Of a stretch of 64,000 nucleotides of DNA, positions 17,954 through 27,892 are shown piece by piece; the first letter of the stretch is position 1, and the number at the start of each line of letters is the position of its first letter. Source of the DNA: Shigella phage ESH35; sequence record ON528745. One strand, 5' to 3'. Both the position numbers and the translations under genes were made by a program. The notes beneath the pieces are model-generated. The model made no database searches and was not told where the DNA came from. It was given only the letters and a program-made list of their open reading frames with translations.

Positions 17954-19638
17954 AGAATTTTAAACTAAACCGAGTTAGGTATCAAAATATAATGTCAGTA
18001 GGTGGAAATCCTATTGACATTCAATTAGATAAGGTTCAAAAAACTCTTATTACTGGACGAAATGGCGGTGGTAAGTCTACTATGTTAGAAGCCATCACAT
18101 TTGGGCTTTTTGGCAAGCCATTTCGTGATGTAAAGAAAGGTCAATTAATAAACAGCACAAATAAGAAAGAACTTTTAGTTGAACTGTGGATGGAATATGA
18201 TGAGAAAAAGTACTATATCAAAAGAGGACAAAAACCAAACGTTTTCGAAATCACCGTTAACGGTACACGTCTTAATGAATCTGCCAGCAGTAAAGATTTC
18301 CAAGCAGAATTTGAACAGCTTATCGGAATGTCATATGCCAGTTTCAAGCAGATTGTTGTCCTTGGTACAGCAGGGTATACCCCTTTCATGGGTTTGTCGA
18401 CCCCTGCACGAAGAAAGCTTGTGGAAGACCTGCTTGAGGTAGGAACATTAGCTGAAATGGATAAGCTTAATAAAGCACTAATACGTGAATTAAATTCACA
18501 AAACCAAGTGCTTGATGTTAAAAAAGATAGTATTATCCAACAAATTAAAATATATAATGATAACGTTGAACGCCAGAAAAAATTAACTGGTGACAACCTT
18601 ACTCGTCTTCAAAATATGTATGATGATTTGGCAAAAGAAGCTAGAACGCTAAAATCAGAAATAGAAGAAGCTAATGAAAGATTAGTTAATATTGTTTTAG
18701 ACGAAGACCCGACTGATGCATTTAATAAAATCGGTCAAGAAGCAGTTTTAATTAAATCAAAAATTGACTCGTATAATAAAGTCATTAATATGTATCATGA
18801 AGGTGGATTATGTCCAACCTGCTTGTCACAATTAAGTTCCGGTGATAAAGTTGTTTCTAAAATTAAAGATAAAGTTTCTGAATGTACGCATTCGTTTGAA
18901 CAGCTTTCAACACATCGTGATAATTTAAAAGTTCTTGTTGATGAATACCGAGATAATATTAAAACCCAGCAGTCGTTGGCAAATGATATTCGCAATAAAA
19001 AGCAATCTCTAATCACGACGGTAGATAAAGCTAAAAAAGTTAAAGCAGCTATAGAAAAAGCATCTTCTGAGTTTATTGACCATGCTGATGAAATAGCATT
19101 GCTTCAAGAAGAACTTGATAAAATTGTTAAGACAAAAACTAATTTAGTAATGGAAAAATACCACCGAGGAATTTTGACTGATATGCTCAAAGATTCTGGT
19201 ATTAAAGGTGCTATTATTAAAAAGTACATTCCATTATTTAATAAGCAGATTAACCATTATCTTAAAATAATGGAAGCGGATTATGTGTTTACATTAGATG
19301 AAGAATTTAATGAGACAATTAAATCCCGTGGTCGTGAAGATTTTAGTTATGCTTCATTCAGTCAAGGTGAAAAAGCGCGAATTGATATTGCTCTTTTATT
19401 TACTTGGCGTGATATTGCTGAAAAAGTTTCAGGTGTTAAAATAAGTTGTTTATTTCTTGATGAAGTGTATGACGGTGCATTTGATGCTGAAGGCATTAAA
19501 AATGTAGCTAAAATTTTAGATGGTTTGAAGGATACCAACTTCTTCATAATTTCGCATAAAGACCATGATCCGCAGGATTATGGACAGCATATTAAAATGG
19601 AAAAAGTTGGTAGATTTAGTGTTGCCACTATTAATTAA
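17950..19638 (+). CDS. 46: recombination ATPase subunit gp46 (Rad50/SbcC-like)
   Basis: 562 aa; Walker A GRNGGGKST, central coiled coil with CPTC zinc hook, C-terminal signature/Walker B. Confidence 0.9.
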   Translation: MKNFKLNRVRYQNIMSVGGNPIDIQLDKVQKTLITGRNGGGKSTMLEAITFGLFGKPFRDVKKGQLINSTNKKELLVELWMEYDEKKYYIKRGQKPNVFEITVNGTRLNESASSKDFQAEFEQLIGMSYASFKQIVVLGTAGYTPFMGLSTPARRKLVEDLLEVGTLAEMDKLNKALIRELNSQNQVLDVKKDSIIQQIKIYNDNVERQKKLTGDNLTRLQNMYDDLAKEARTLKSEIEEANERLVNIVLDEDPTDAFNKIGQEAVLIKSKIDSYNKVINMYHEGGLCPTCLSQLSSGDKVVSKIKDKVSECTHSFEQLSTHRDNLKVLVDEYRDNIKTQQSLANDIRNKKQSLITTVDKAKKVKAAIEKASSEFIDHADEIALLQEELDKIVKTKTNLVMEKYHRGILTDMLKDSGIKGAIIKKYIPLFNKQINHYLKIMEADYVFTLDEEFNETIKSRGREDFSYASFSQGEKARIDIALLFTWRDIAEKVSGVKISCLFLDEVYDGAFDAEGIKNVAKILDGLKDTNFFIISHKDHDPQDYGQHIKMEKVGRFSVATIN

Positions 19639-20348
19639 TGTTTGTGCTTACAGTTATCATTATGCCACCTTGATAAATTTCCGAAAGTGGTAACTTTACC
19701 ACAATGGACGCAAGTACCAGTCTTTTCAGTTTTCTTGCGTCCATTTGGATTTTTCTTGCAGAAATTTCTATGCGCTGCGATAACGCATTTCTTGCCTATC
19801 ATTCCGCAGAATTCGCAGGATGTTTCTTCAAGAATGATTGCTTTAAGCCCGTTTGAGATATTATTTCTGTGTTCTTTAGACATCGGTGGTCTAACTTTAG
19901 GATTAGGGTGATTCGGGCAGTTATCAAAATGCCATCGATTCATATTCCCGCTTAATCCGGACTTACCGCAATGTGGACAAGTTAGTCTTGCTTTATTAGC
20001 TACTGCATCAGACATTTTCTTTCGTGTCTCCTGGGAGAATTCTTTATTCTTTTCTATTTCCCAGAGTTTACGACGAATCCAACCGAAAGTTTTATTGTTA
20101 CGTTTAGCGTATTTCGTGGAAACTGTCATCATGTTAGCAGCATAGACTAATTTTGGTTCAGAAGGATAAATTTTTACTAAAAGTTGATGAGCTACATAGT
20201 GCTCTTCCGGTGTTAAATCTACTAAGTTTGAAGCATCATCGCTGCCATTTAAACAGCGTGGTATAATGTGATGAGATTCAGTATAGCAATCAAGTTTTCG
20301 AGATTTAGCATTAGAGATTAACTTTTCATAAATTAGTTTATAATTCAT
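19635..20348 (-). CDS. freestanding HNH homing endonuclease with three C-terminal zinc-finger repeats
   Basis: 237 aa; HNH motif ESHHIIPRCLNGSDDASNLVDLTPEEHYVAH; three CxxCG..RWH..NC modules; opposite strand to all neighbours; TATAAATA late-promoter match about 34 nt upstream. Confidence 0.8.
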   Translation of the reverse strand: MNYKLIYEKLISNAKSRKLDCYTESHHIIPRCLNGSDDASNLVDLTPEEHYVAHQLLVKIYPSEPKLVYAANMMTVSTKYAKRNNKTFGWIRRKLWEIEKNKEFSQETRKKMSDAVANKARLTCPHCGKSGLSGNMNRWHFDNCPNHPNPKVRPPMSKEHRNNISNGLKAIILEETSCEFCGMIGKKCVIAAHRNFCKKNPNGRKKTEKTGTCVHCGKVTTFGNLSRWHNDNCKHKH

Positions 20349-20381
20349 AACATATCCTTTTGATACAGCGAGTGATAAACA

Positions 20382-20389
20382 TATTTATA
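20382..20389 (-). promoter_or_regulatory. late promoter (TATAAATA) for the HNH endonuclease gene
   Basis: + strand TATTTATA, i.e. TATAAATA on - strand, about 34 nt upstream of the HNH ATG. Confidence 0.55.
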
Positions 20390-20399
20390 CGGAGGAACT

Positions 20400-20591
20400 G
20401 TGGCAGAATATTCAACTGGACAGCATCTATTAACTTTTCCTGAAATAAAACGATATATTCTGAGAAATAATTTTTCTAATGAAGAGCATATAGTTACTGA
20501 ATCTATGCTTAGGAATGCATTTAAAGCAGAATATACAAAAATAATGTCCAATAGAAATGAAGCTTGGACTGTTACTGATTATTATGACTAA
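20400..20591 (+). CDS. hypothetical protein (45.2 position)
   Basis: 63-aa ORF with GTG start after GGAGGA. Confidence 0.5.
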   Translation: MAEYSTGQHLLTFPEIKRYILRNNFSNEEHIVTESMLRNAFKAEYTKIMSNRNEAWTVTDYYD

Positions 20592-20600
20592 AGGTGTATT

Positions 20601-20990
20601 ATGACTAAAATTACTGTGAATTATACTGTTGATGTAAAAGATATTCAGCCAAAACACGTGCGTTCTGAATCAAATCCACAAAACCAAAATAAAATTCGTC
20701 GAGCATGGGTTTTGTCTCTTTCTGATAACGCAATGGAAGTTATTCAGAACAAAATTAAATCTGCACCTGCTCGTCATGCGTATTATGAAGCTATCGATCG
20801 TGAAGTAAGTAATAAATGGATTGAACTAATGCGCAAACATACTACAGAATCCCTAAACGCCGGTGCTAAATTTATTATGACTTCATGCGGTGAACGTCTT
20901 GAAGATGAATATTGCGGCAATGCAGATGAACGTCTGATTGTTGCTGCTCAAATTGTTGCCGAAACAATCGCAGCTGATTTTAATCGTTAA
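20601..20990 (+). CDS. rpbA: RNA polymerase-binding protein RpbA
   Basis: 129 aa (T4 RpbA length) immediately upstream of gene 45, matching T4 synteny. Confidence 0.7.
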   Translation: MTKITVNYTVDVKDIQPKHVRSESNPQNQNKIRRAWVLSLSDNAMEVIQNKIKSAPARHAYYEAIDREVSNKWIELMRKHTTESLNAGAKFIMTSCGERLEDEYCGNADERLIVAAQIVAETIAADFNR

Positions 20991-21045
20991 TTGCTTTATT
21001 AAATTAGTTATAAAATTAAATCTCATTTGAATTGAAGGAAATTAC

Positions 21046-21732
21046 ATGAAACTGTCTAAAGATACTACTGCTCTGCTTAAAAATTTCGCTACTATTAACT
21101 CTGGTATTATGCTTAAATCAGGTCAATTTATTATGACTCGTGCGGTTAATGGTACAACTTATGCGGAAGCAAATATTTCTGACGTTATTGATTTTGATGT
21201 AGCAATTTACGATTTGAACGGTTTTCTCGGTATTCTGTCTCTAGTTAATGATGATGCAGAAATTTCCCAGTCAGAAGATGGAAATATTAAAATTGCTGAT
21301 GCCCGCTCAACAATTTTTTGGCCAGCAGCCGATCCGAGTACAGTAGTTGCTCCTAATAAACCAATTCCATTCCCGGTAGCATCTGTTGTTACTGAAATTA
21401 AAGCTGAAGACCTTCAACAGCTGTTGCGTGTATCTCGTGGTCTGCAGATTGATACAATTGCTATCACGGTAAAAGAAGGTAAAATCGTAATTAACGGTTT
21501 TAATAAAGTAGAAGATTCTGCTCTTACCCGTGTTAAATATTCTTTGACTCTTGGTGATTATGATGGTGAAAATACATTTAATTTCATTATCAATATGGCA
21601 AATATGAAAATGCAACCAGGAAATTATAAACTTCTGCTCTGGGCAAAAGGTAAACAAGGCGCTGCTAAATTTGAAGGTGAACACGCGAATTATGTAGTAG
21701 CTCTTGAAGCTGATTCTACCCACGATTTTTAA
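21046..21732 (+). CDS. 45: sliding clamp gp45
   Basis: 228 aa; MKLSKDTTALLKNFATINSGIMLKSGQFIMTRAV recognised as T4 gp45. Confidence 0.95.
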   Translation: MKLSKDTTALLKNFATINSGIMLKSGQFIMTRAVNGTTYAEANISDVIDFDVAIYDLNGFLGILSLVNDDAEISQSEDGNIKIADARSTIFWPAADPSTVVAPNKPIPFPVASVVTEIKAEDLQQLLRVSRGLQIDTIAITVKEGKIVINGFNKVEDSALTRVKYSLTLGDYDGENTFNFIINMANMKMQPGNYKLLLWAKGKQGAAKFEGEHANYVVALEADSTHDF

Positions 21733-21734
21733 TA

Positions 21735-21755
21735 GAGGGCTTCGGCCCTTTATAA
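21735..21755 (+). terminator. intrinsic terminator (UUCG tetraloop)
   Basis: GGGCTTCGGCCC + TTTATAATTT after gene 45. Confidence 0.6.
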
Positions 21756-21783
21756 TTTACACTAAAACTTGAATGAGGAAATT

Positions 21784-22743
21784 ATGATTACCGTAAATGA
21801 AAAAGAACACATTCTTGAACAGAAATATCGTCCATCTACTATCGATGAATGTATTCTTCCCGCCTTTGATAAAGAAACCTTTAAATCTATTACAAGTAAA
21901 GGTAAGATTCCACATATTATTCTTCATTCTCCTTCTCCAGGAACAGGTAAAACAACTGTAGCAAAAGCATTGTGTCATGATGTAAATGCTGATATGATGT
22001 TTGTGAATGGGTCAGATTGTAAAATTGATTTCGTTCGTGGTCCTTTGACTAATTTTGCCAGCGCCGCTTCATTTGATGGTCGTCAAAAAGTAATCGTTAT
22101 TGATGAATTTGACCGTTCAGGGTTAGCAGAGTCTCAGCGACATCTTCGTTCCTTTATGGAAGCTTATAGTTCAAACTGCAGTATTATTATTACTGCTAAC
22201 AATATTGATGGTATTATTAAACCGCTTCAGTCACGCTGTCGAGTTATTACATTCGGTCAACCAACTGATGAAGATAAAATTGAAATGATGAAGCAGATGA
22301 TTCGTCGATTAACTGAAATCTGCAAGCATGAAGGAATTGCTATAGCTGATATGAAAGTTGTAGCAGCTTTGGTTAAAAAGAATTTTCCTGATTTTCGTAA
22401 AACTATTGGTGAGCTCGATAGTTATTCATCTAAAGGTGTTTTGGATGCTGGTATTTTATCACTGGTTACTAACGATCGTGGTGCTATTGATGATGTTCTT
22501 GAATCTCTCAAAAATAAAGATGTTAAACAGCTCAGAGCTTTAGCGCCAAAATATGCAGCTGATTATTCGTGGTTCGTAGGTAAACTTGCCGAAGAAATCT
22601 ATACACGCGTAACTCCACAAAGTATTATTCGTATGTATGAAATTGTTGGTGAAAATAACCAGTATCACGGAATTGCGGCTAATACTGAATTACATTTAGC
22701 ATATCTTTTCATTCAATTAGCATGCGAAATGCAGTGGAAGTGA
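21784..22743 (+). CDS. 44: clamp loader large subunit gp44 (AAA+)
   Basis: Track ORF trimmed to [11 protein letters not shown] (319 aa); Walker [11 protein letters not shown]; arginine finger SRC. Confidence 0.95.
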   Translation: MITVNEKEHILEQKYRPSTIDECILPAFDKETFKSITSKGKIPHIILHSPSPGTGKTTVAKALCHDVNADMMFVNGSDCKIDFVRGPLTNFASAASFDGRQKVIVIDEFDRSGLAESQRHLRSFMEAYSSNCSIIITANNIDGIIKPLQSRCRVITFGQPTDEDKIEMMKQMIRRLTEICKHEGIAIADMKVVAALVKKNFPDFRKTIGELDSYSSKGVLDAGILSLVTNDRGAIDDVLESLKNKDVKQLRALAPKYAADYSWFVGKLAEEIYTRVTPQSIIRMYEIVGENNQYHGIAANTELHLAYLFIQLACEMQWK

Positions 22744-22744
22744 T

Positions 22745-23308
22745 ATGAGCTTATTTGAAGATGATATTCAATTAAACGAGCATCAAGTTGCTTGGTATTC
22801 AAAAGATTGGACAGCTGTCCAATCTGCTGCTGATTCTTTTAAGGAAAAAGCTGAAAATGAATTTTTTGAAATAATTGGAGCTATTAATAATAAAACTAAA
22901 TGCTCTATTGCTCAAAAAGATTATTCAAAATACATGGTTGAGAATGCATTATCACAATTTCCTGAATGCATGCCAGCTGTATATGCTATGAATTTAATTG
23001 GATCAGGTTTAAGCGATGAAGCCCATTTTAATTATCTGATGGCTGCTGTTCCTCGTGGTAAAAGATATGGTAAATGGGCAAAACTGGTCGAAGATTCTAC
23101 TGAAGTATTGATTATTAAGTTGCTTGCTAAGCGATATCAAGTTAATACAAATGATGCAATTAACTATAAATCAATTCTTACTAAAAATGGAAAACTTCCT
23201 TTAGTATTAAAAGAACTAAAAGGTTTAGTCACGGATGATTTTTTAAAAGAAGTGACTAAGAATGTAAAAGAACAGAAACAACTCAAAAAACTAGCATTGG
23301 AATGGTAA
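22745..23308 (+). CDS. 62: clamp loader small subunit gp62
   Basis: 187 aa; start coupled to gene 44 stop (TGATATG). Confidence 0.9.
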   Translation: MSLFEDDIQLNEHQVAWYSKDWTAVQSAADSFKEKAENEFFEIIGAINNKTKCSIAQKDYSKYMVENALSQFPECMPAVYAMNLIGSGLSDEAHFNYLMAAVPRGKRYGKWAKLVEDSTEVLIIKLLAKRYQVNTNDAINYKSILTKNGKLPLVLKELKGLVTDDFLKEVTKNVKEQKQLKKLALEW

Positions 23309-23309
23309 A

Positions 23310-23678
23310 ATGATTGAAATTACTCTTAAAAAACCTGAAGATTTTCTGAAAGTAAAAGAAACTTTGACTCGTATGGGAATTGCTAATAATAAAGATAAAG
23401 TTCTGTATCAGTCCTGCCACATTCTTCAGAAAAAAGGACTATACTATATCGTCCATTTTAAAGAAATGCTTCGTATGGATGGTCGTCAGGTTGAAATGAC
23501 AGAAGAAGATGAAGTTCGTCGTGATTCGATTGCGTGGCTGTTAGAAGATTGGGGATTGATTGAAATCGTTCCTGGTCAAAGAACTTTTATGAAAGATTTA
23601 ACCAATAACTTCCGAGTTATTTCTTTTAAACAAAAACATGAATGGAAACTTGTTCCTAAATATACGATTGGTAATTAA
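23310..23678 (+). CDS. regA: translational repressor RegA
   Basis: 122 aa; recognised T4 RegA sequence and position. Confidence 0.9.
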   Translation: MIEITLKKPEDFLKVKETLTRMGIANNKDKVLYQSCHILQKKGLYYIVHFKEMLRMDGRQVEMTEEDEVRRDSIAWLLEDWGLIEIVPGQRTFMKDLTNNFRVISFKQKHEWKLVPKYTIGN

Positions 23679-23679
23679 T

Positions 23680-23901
23680 ATGACTGCTATAATTCCGCAA
23701 GAATACATGGCGTCTCTTAAAGAAAAATATAATCTTTCTGCAACAGAAACACTTTTTGATTTACCAGAAAACCTCCAACTAAAATTTCAGGTAGAATTTC
23801 AAAAATTAGTTCACCCAGAACAAAAACACTTTACCGCAGTGGTTAAGTCAATTAATGCAGATGGATTAACAATTTTTCACCGACAACTGGTATTAATTTA
23901 A
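23680..23901 (+). CDS. hypothetical protein
   Basis: Track ORF 23638..23901 trimmed to ATG index 15; followed by GGGGCTTCGGCCCC terminator. Confidence 0.45.
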   Translation: MTAIIPQEYMASLKEKYNLSATETLFDLPENLQLKFQVEFQKLVHPEQKHFTAVVKSINADGLTIFHRQLVLI

Positions 23902-23904
23902 GCA

Positions 23905-23927
23905 AGGGGCTTCGGCCCCTTATTTGG
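23905..23927 (+). terminator. intrinsic terminator (UUCG tetraloop)
   Basis: GGGGCTTCGGCCCC + TTATTTGG before gene 43. Confidence 0.6.
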
Positions 23928-23942
23928 AGTATAATATATCAA

Positions 23943-23961
23943 GAGCCTAATAACTCGGGCT
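23943..23961 (+). promoter_or_regulatory. gene 43 translational operator hairpin
   Basis: GAGCCTAATAACTCGGGCT stem-loop about 20 nt upstream of the gene 43 ATG, matching the remembered T4 gp43 autoregulatory operator. Confidence 0.6.
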
Positions 23962-23979
23962 ATAAACTAAGGAATATCT

Positions 23980-26676
23980 ATGAAAGAATTTTATATCTCT
24001 ATCGAAACAGTCGGAAATAATATTGTTGAACGTTATATTGATGAAAATGGAAAGGAACGTACCCGTGAAGTAGAATATCTTCCGACTATGTTTAGGCATT
24101 GTAAGGAAGAGTCAAAATACAAAGACATTTATGGTAAAAATTGTGCTCCTCAAAAATTTCCATCAATGAAAGATGCACGAGACTGGATGAAACGAATGGA
24201 AGACATTGGTCTCGAAGCTCTCGGTATGAACGATTTTAAACTCGCTTATATCAGTGATACATATGGTTCAGAAATTGTTTATGACCGAAAATTTGTTCGT
24301 GTAGCTAACTGTGACATTGAGGTTACTGGTGATAAATTTCCTGACCCAATGAAAGCAGAATATGAAATTGATGCTATCACTCATTATGATTCAATTGACG
24401 ATCGTTTTTACGTCTTTGATTTGTTGAATTCAATGTACGGTTCAGTATCAAAATGGGATGCAAAGTTAGCTGCTAAGCTTGACTGTGAAGGTGGTGATGA
24501 AGTTCCTCAAGAAATTCTTGACCGAGTAATTTATATGCCATTTGATAATGAGCGTGATATGCTCATGGAATATATTAATCTCTGGGAACAGAAACGACCT
24601 GCTATTTTTACCGGTTGGAATATTGAGGGATTTGACGTTCCGTATATCATGAATCGTGTTAAAATGGTTCTCGGTGAACGTAGTATGAAACGCTTCTCTC
24701 CAATCGGTCGAGTAAAATCTAAACTAATTCAAAATATGTACGGTAGCAAAGAAATTTATTCTATTGATGGCGTATCTATTCTTGATTATTTAGATTTATA
24801 CAAGAAGTTCGCATTTACTAATTTGCCATCGTTCTCTTTGGAATCAGTTGCTCAACATGAAACCAAAAAAGGTAAATTGCCGTACGATGGTCCTATTAAT
24901 AAACTTCGTGAGACTAATCATCAACGATACATTAGTTATAACATCATTGACGTAGAATCAGTTCAAGCAATTGATAAAATTCGTGGGTTTATCGATCTAG
25001 TTTTAAGTATGTCTTATTACGCTAAAATGCCTTTTTCTGGTGTAATGAGTCCTATTAAAACTTGGGATGCTATTATTTTTAACTCACTGAAAGGTGAACA
25101 TAAGGTTATTCCTCAACAAGGTTCGCACGTTAAACAGAGTTTTCCAGGTGCATTTGTGTTTGAACCTAAACCGATTGCTCGTCGATACATTATGAGTTTT
25201 GACTTGACGTCTCTGTATCCTAGCATTATTCGTCAGGTTAACATTAGTCCTGAGACTATTCGTGGGCAGTTTAAAGTTCATCCAATTCATGAATATATCG
25301 CAGGAACAGCTCCTAAGCCAAGTGATGAATATTCTTGCTCTCCGAATGGATGGATGTATGATAAGCACCAAGAAGGTATCATTCCAAAGGAAATCGCTAA
25401 AGTATTTTTCCAGCGTAAAGATTGGAAAAAGAAAATGTTCGCGGAAGAAATGAATGCCGAAGCTATTAAAAAGATTATTATGAAAGGTGCAGGGTCTTGC
25501 TCAACTAAACCAGAAGTTGAACGATATGTTAAGTTCAATGATGATTTCTTAAACGAATTATCGAATTACACTGAATCTGTTCTTAATAGTCTGATTGAAG
25601 AATGTGAAAAAGCTGCTACACTCGCTAACACAAATCAGCTGAACCGTAAAATTCTTATTAACAGTCTTTATGGTGCTCTTGGTAATATTCATTTCCGCTA
25701 CTATGATTTGCGAAATGCTACTGCTATCACAATTTTCGGTCAAGTCGGTATTCAGTGGATTGCTCGTAAAATTAATGAGTATCTAAATAAAGTATGTGGA
25801 ACTAATGGTGAAGATTTCATCGCAGCAGGTGATACTGATTCGGTATATGTTTGTGTAGATAAAGTTATTGAAAAAGTAGGTCTTGACCGCTTTAAAGAAC
25901 AAAATGATTTAGTTGAATTCATGAATCAGTTCGGTAAGAAAAAGATGGAACCTATGATTGATGTTGCATATCGTGAGTTATGTGATTATATGAATAATCG
26001 CGAGCATCTGATGCATATGGACCGTGAAGCTATTTCTTGTCCTCCGCTTGGTTCAAAGGGTGTTGGTGGATTTTGGAAAGCGAAAAAACGTTATGCTCTG
26101 AACGTTTATGATATGGAAGATAAGCGATTTGCTGAACCACATCTAAAAATCATGGGTATGGAAACTCAGCAGAGTTCAACACCAAAAGCAGTACAAGAAG
26201 CTCTCGAAGAAAGTATTCGTCGTATTCTTCAAGAAGGTGAAGAGTCTGTCCAAGAATATTACAAGAACTTCGAGAAAGAATATCGTCAACTTGACTATAA
26301 AGTTATTGCTGAAGTAAAAACTGCGAACGATATAGCGAAATATGATGATAAAGGTTGGCCAGGATTTAAATGCCCGTTCCATATTCGTGGTGTGCTAACT
26401 TATCGTCGAGCTGTTAGCGGTTTAGGTGTAGCTCCAATTTTGGATGGAAATAAAGTAATGGTTCTTCCATTGCGTGAAGGAAATCCATTTGGTGACAAAT
26501 GCATTGCTTGGCCGTCGGGTACAGAACTTCCAAAAGAAATTCGTTCTGACGTACTGTCTTGGATTGACTACTCAACTTTGTTCCAAAAATCGTTTGTTAA
26601 ACCGCTTGCGGGCATGTGTGAATCGGCTGGTATGGACTATGAAGAAAAAGCTTCGTTAGACTTCCTGTTTGGCTGA
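23980..26676 (+). CDS. 43: DNA polymerase gp43 (family B, with 3'-5' exonuclease)
   Basis: 898 aa; Exo I DIE, polymerase motifs DxxSLYPS and YGDTDS; translational operator hairpin upstream. Confidence 0.97.
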   Translation: MKEFYISIETVGNNIVERYIDENGKERTREVEYLPTMFRHCKEESKYKDIYGKNCAPQKFPSMKDARDWMKRMEDIGLEALGMNDFKLAYISDTYGSEIVYDRKFVRVANCDIEVTGDKFPDPMKAEYEIDAITHYDSIDDRFYVFDLLNSMYGSVSKWDAKLAAKLDCEGGDEVPQEILDRVIYMPFDNERDMLMEYINLWEQKRPAIFTGWNIEGFDVPYIMNRVKMVLGERSMKRFSPIGRVKSKLIQNMYGSKEIYSIDGVSILDYLDLYKKFAFTNLPSFSLESVAQHETKKGKLPYDGPINKLRETNHQRYISYNIIDVESVQAIDKIRGFIDLVLSMSYYAKMPFSGVMSPIKTWDAIIFNSLKGEHKVIPQQGSHVKQSFPGAFVFEPKPIARRYIMSFDLTSLYPSIIRQVNISPETIRGQFKVHPIHEYIAGTAPKPSDEYSCSPNGWMYDKHQEGIIPKEIAKVFFQRKDWKKKMFAEEMNAEAIKKIIMKGAGSCSTKPEVERYVKFNDDFLNELSNYTESVLNSLIEECEKAATLANTNQLNRKILINSLYGALGNIHFRYYDLRNATAITIFGQVGIQWIARKINEYLNKVCGTNGEDFIAAGDTDSVYVCVDKVIEKVGLDRFKEQNDLVEFMNQFGKKKMEPMIDVAYRELCDYMNNREHLMHMDREAISCPPLGSKGVGGFWKAKKRYALNVYDMEDKRFAEPHLKIMGMETQQSSTPKAVQEALEESIRRILQEGEESVQEYYKNFEKEYRQLDYKVIAEVKTANDIAKYDDKGWPGFKCPFHIRGVLTYRRAVSGLGVAPILDGNKVMVLPLREGNPFGDKCIAWPSGTELPKEIRSDVLSWIDYSTLFQKSFVKPLAGMCESAGMDYEEKASLDFLFG

Positions 26677-26687
26677 TAGAATAAATC

Positions 26688-26711
26688 TAGGGACCTCCGG
26701 GTCCCTTTTTC
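26688..26711 (+). terminator. intrinsic terminator
   Basis: GGGACCTCCGGGTCCC + TTTTTC after gene 43. Confidence 0.65.
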
Positions 26712-26779
26712 ATACAAGTAATATAAATCTATACTTATGAAAAACAGATGATTCTGGACCTTTAGAATTCCCTAAAAAA

Positions 26780-26859
26780 TTTTCACAAAACTGTTTACAA
26801 GACTGTTCTTCTGTGGTACTATACAACTATCAACTACTGATACAGATTTGGAGAATAAA
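26780..26859 (+). promoter_or_regulatory. early promoter/leader cassette copy B
   Basis: TTTTCACAAAA UP-like, GTTTACAAGACTGTTCTTCTGTGGTACTATACAACTATCAACTACTGATACAGA leader. Confidence 0.6.
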
Positions 26860-27096
26860 ATGAAAATTGTTATGGGATGCTTAGCAGTTTGTTTAGTTGC
26901 ATTAGTAGCAGTTCCATTTGTTAGTGTTGAAAATGATACTCAACCTGTGATTAAATCTAGCACCGTTATTCACACTAATGGTAAAATATCAGTTAAAATT
27001 GATGATAATCTTCATATGAATACTAATGGAACGTTGGGTGTTCAATTAGGTAATACCTGTGTAAGCACTACTGGAGTAATTACTACTTGTATTTGA
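26860..27096 (+). CDS. small secreted protein (signal peptide)
   Basis: Track ORF 26848 (TTG) trimmed to ATG after GGAGAATAAA; N-terminal MKIVMGCLAVCLVALVAVPFVSV signal-like. Confidence 0.55.
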   Translation: MKIVMGCLAVCLVALVAVPFVSVENDTQPVIKSSTVIHTNGKISVKIDDNLHMNTNGTLGVQLGNTCVSTTGVITTCI

Positions 27097-27106
27097 GGAA
27101 ATTATT

Positions 27107-27487
27107 ATGAAAATCGCTATTTTGGTTATTGCATTAGGTCTTACTGGCTGTGTAGCTCAAGGACCGGTAGTAAATCAATCTGATGTAGGAAAAATTGTAA
27201 ACTGTTCAAGCAAATTTTATAATCCTAATGTTAAGTGTTATAAAGAAGCTCCAAAACAGACAGTAGAACAGATGCAGGCGAATTTTGACGAAGCTATTCG
27301 CCCAGATGAATCTGCTCAAGCATATCGTAATTCAGATGTAATTACACGCGAAGAAAAAATTGAAAACTACTGCGCCGAAATTTGGGCTAATTGGGCTAAT
27401 AATTACCAATGGCGTACTGGTAAAAATGCTCCGATGGAGTATGTAGTGAATTCTTATAATTCATGTGTAAAAAATTTGACTAAGTGA
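27107..27487 (+). CDS. putative lipoprotein
   Basis: 126 aa; N-terminal MKIAILVIALGLTGC lipobox (L-T-G-C). Confidence 0.6.
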   Translation: MKIAILVIALGLTGCVAQGPVVNQSDVGKIVNCSSKFYNPNVKCYKEAPKQTVEQMQANFDEAIRPDESAQAYRNSDVITREEKIENYCAEIWANWANNYQWRTGKNAPMEYVVNSYNSCVKNLTK

Positions 27488-27494
27488 GGAAAAC

Positions 27495-27746
27495 ATGGAA
27501 ACTTTAGTAGCAGGTTCAATTTTTATGGTTTTAGTTTCAGGTGTGTTGGCTATTATTATATACATGCTTCCATGGTTCATCGCCTTGATGCGTGGGTCAA
27601 AATCAACAGTAGGAATCTTTTTCACGTCTTTACTGTTTAACTGGTCAATTATTGGTTGGTTTATTACATTTATTTGGTCAATTGCGGGTGAAACTAAAAA
27701 GTCTGCACAACCAAATCAGGTAATTATCATCAGAGAGAAGGAATGA
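27495..27746 (+). CDS. imm: Imm-like two-helix membrane protein (superinfection immunity)
   Basis: 83 aa (T4 Imm length), two hydrophobic helices, position between 43 and 42. Confidence 0.55.
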   Translation: METLVAGSIFMVLVSGVLAIIIYMLPWFIALMRGSKSTVGIFFTSLLFNWSIIGWFITFIWSIAGETKKSAQPNQVIIIREKE

Positions 27747-27892
27747 AAAGCAAAATTATAGCAGTGTTGCTTTTAATCTTGATGATTATAATAAGTATAT
27801 ACTATAGTGTAACGGTTCCTCTTATGATTCCAACTATTATTTTAGGTTGGGGTTTATTACTGTTACAAGTTAAATATGAATGTATCAATTGA
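27743..27892 (+). CDS. small hydrophobic protein
   Basis: Not in track; about 49-aa ORF read by eye, ATGA overlap with upstream stop; coordinates approximate. Confidence 0.3.
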   Translation: MKSKIIAVLLLILMIIISIYYSVTVPLMIPTIILGWGLLLLQVKYECIN

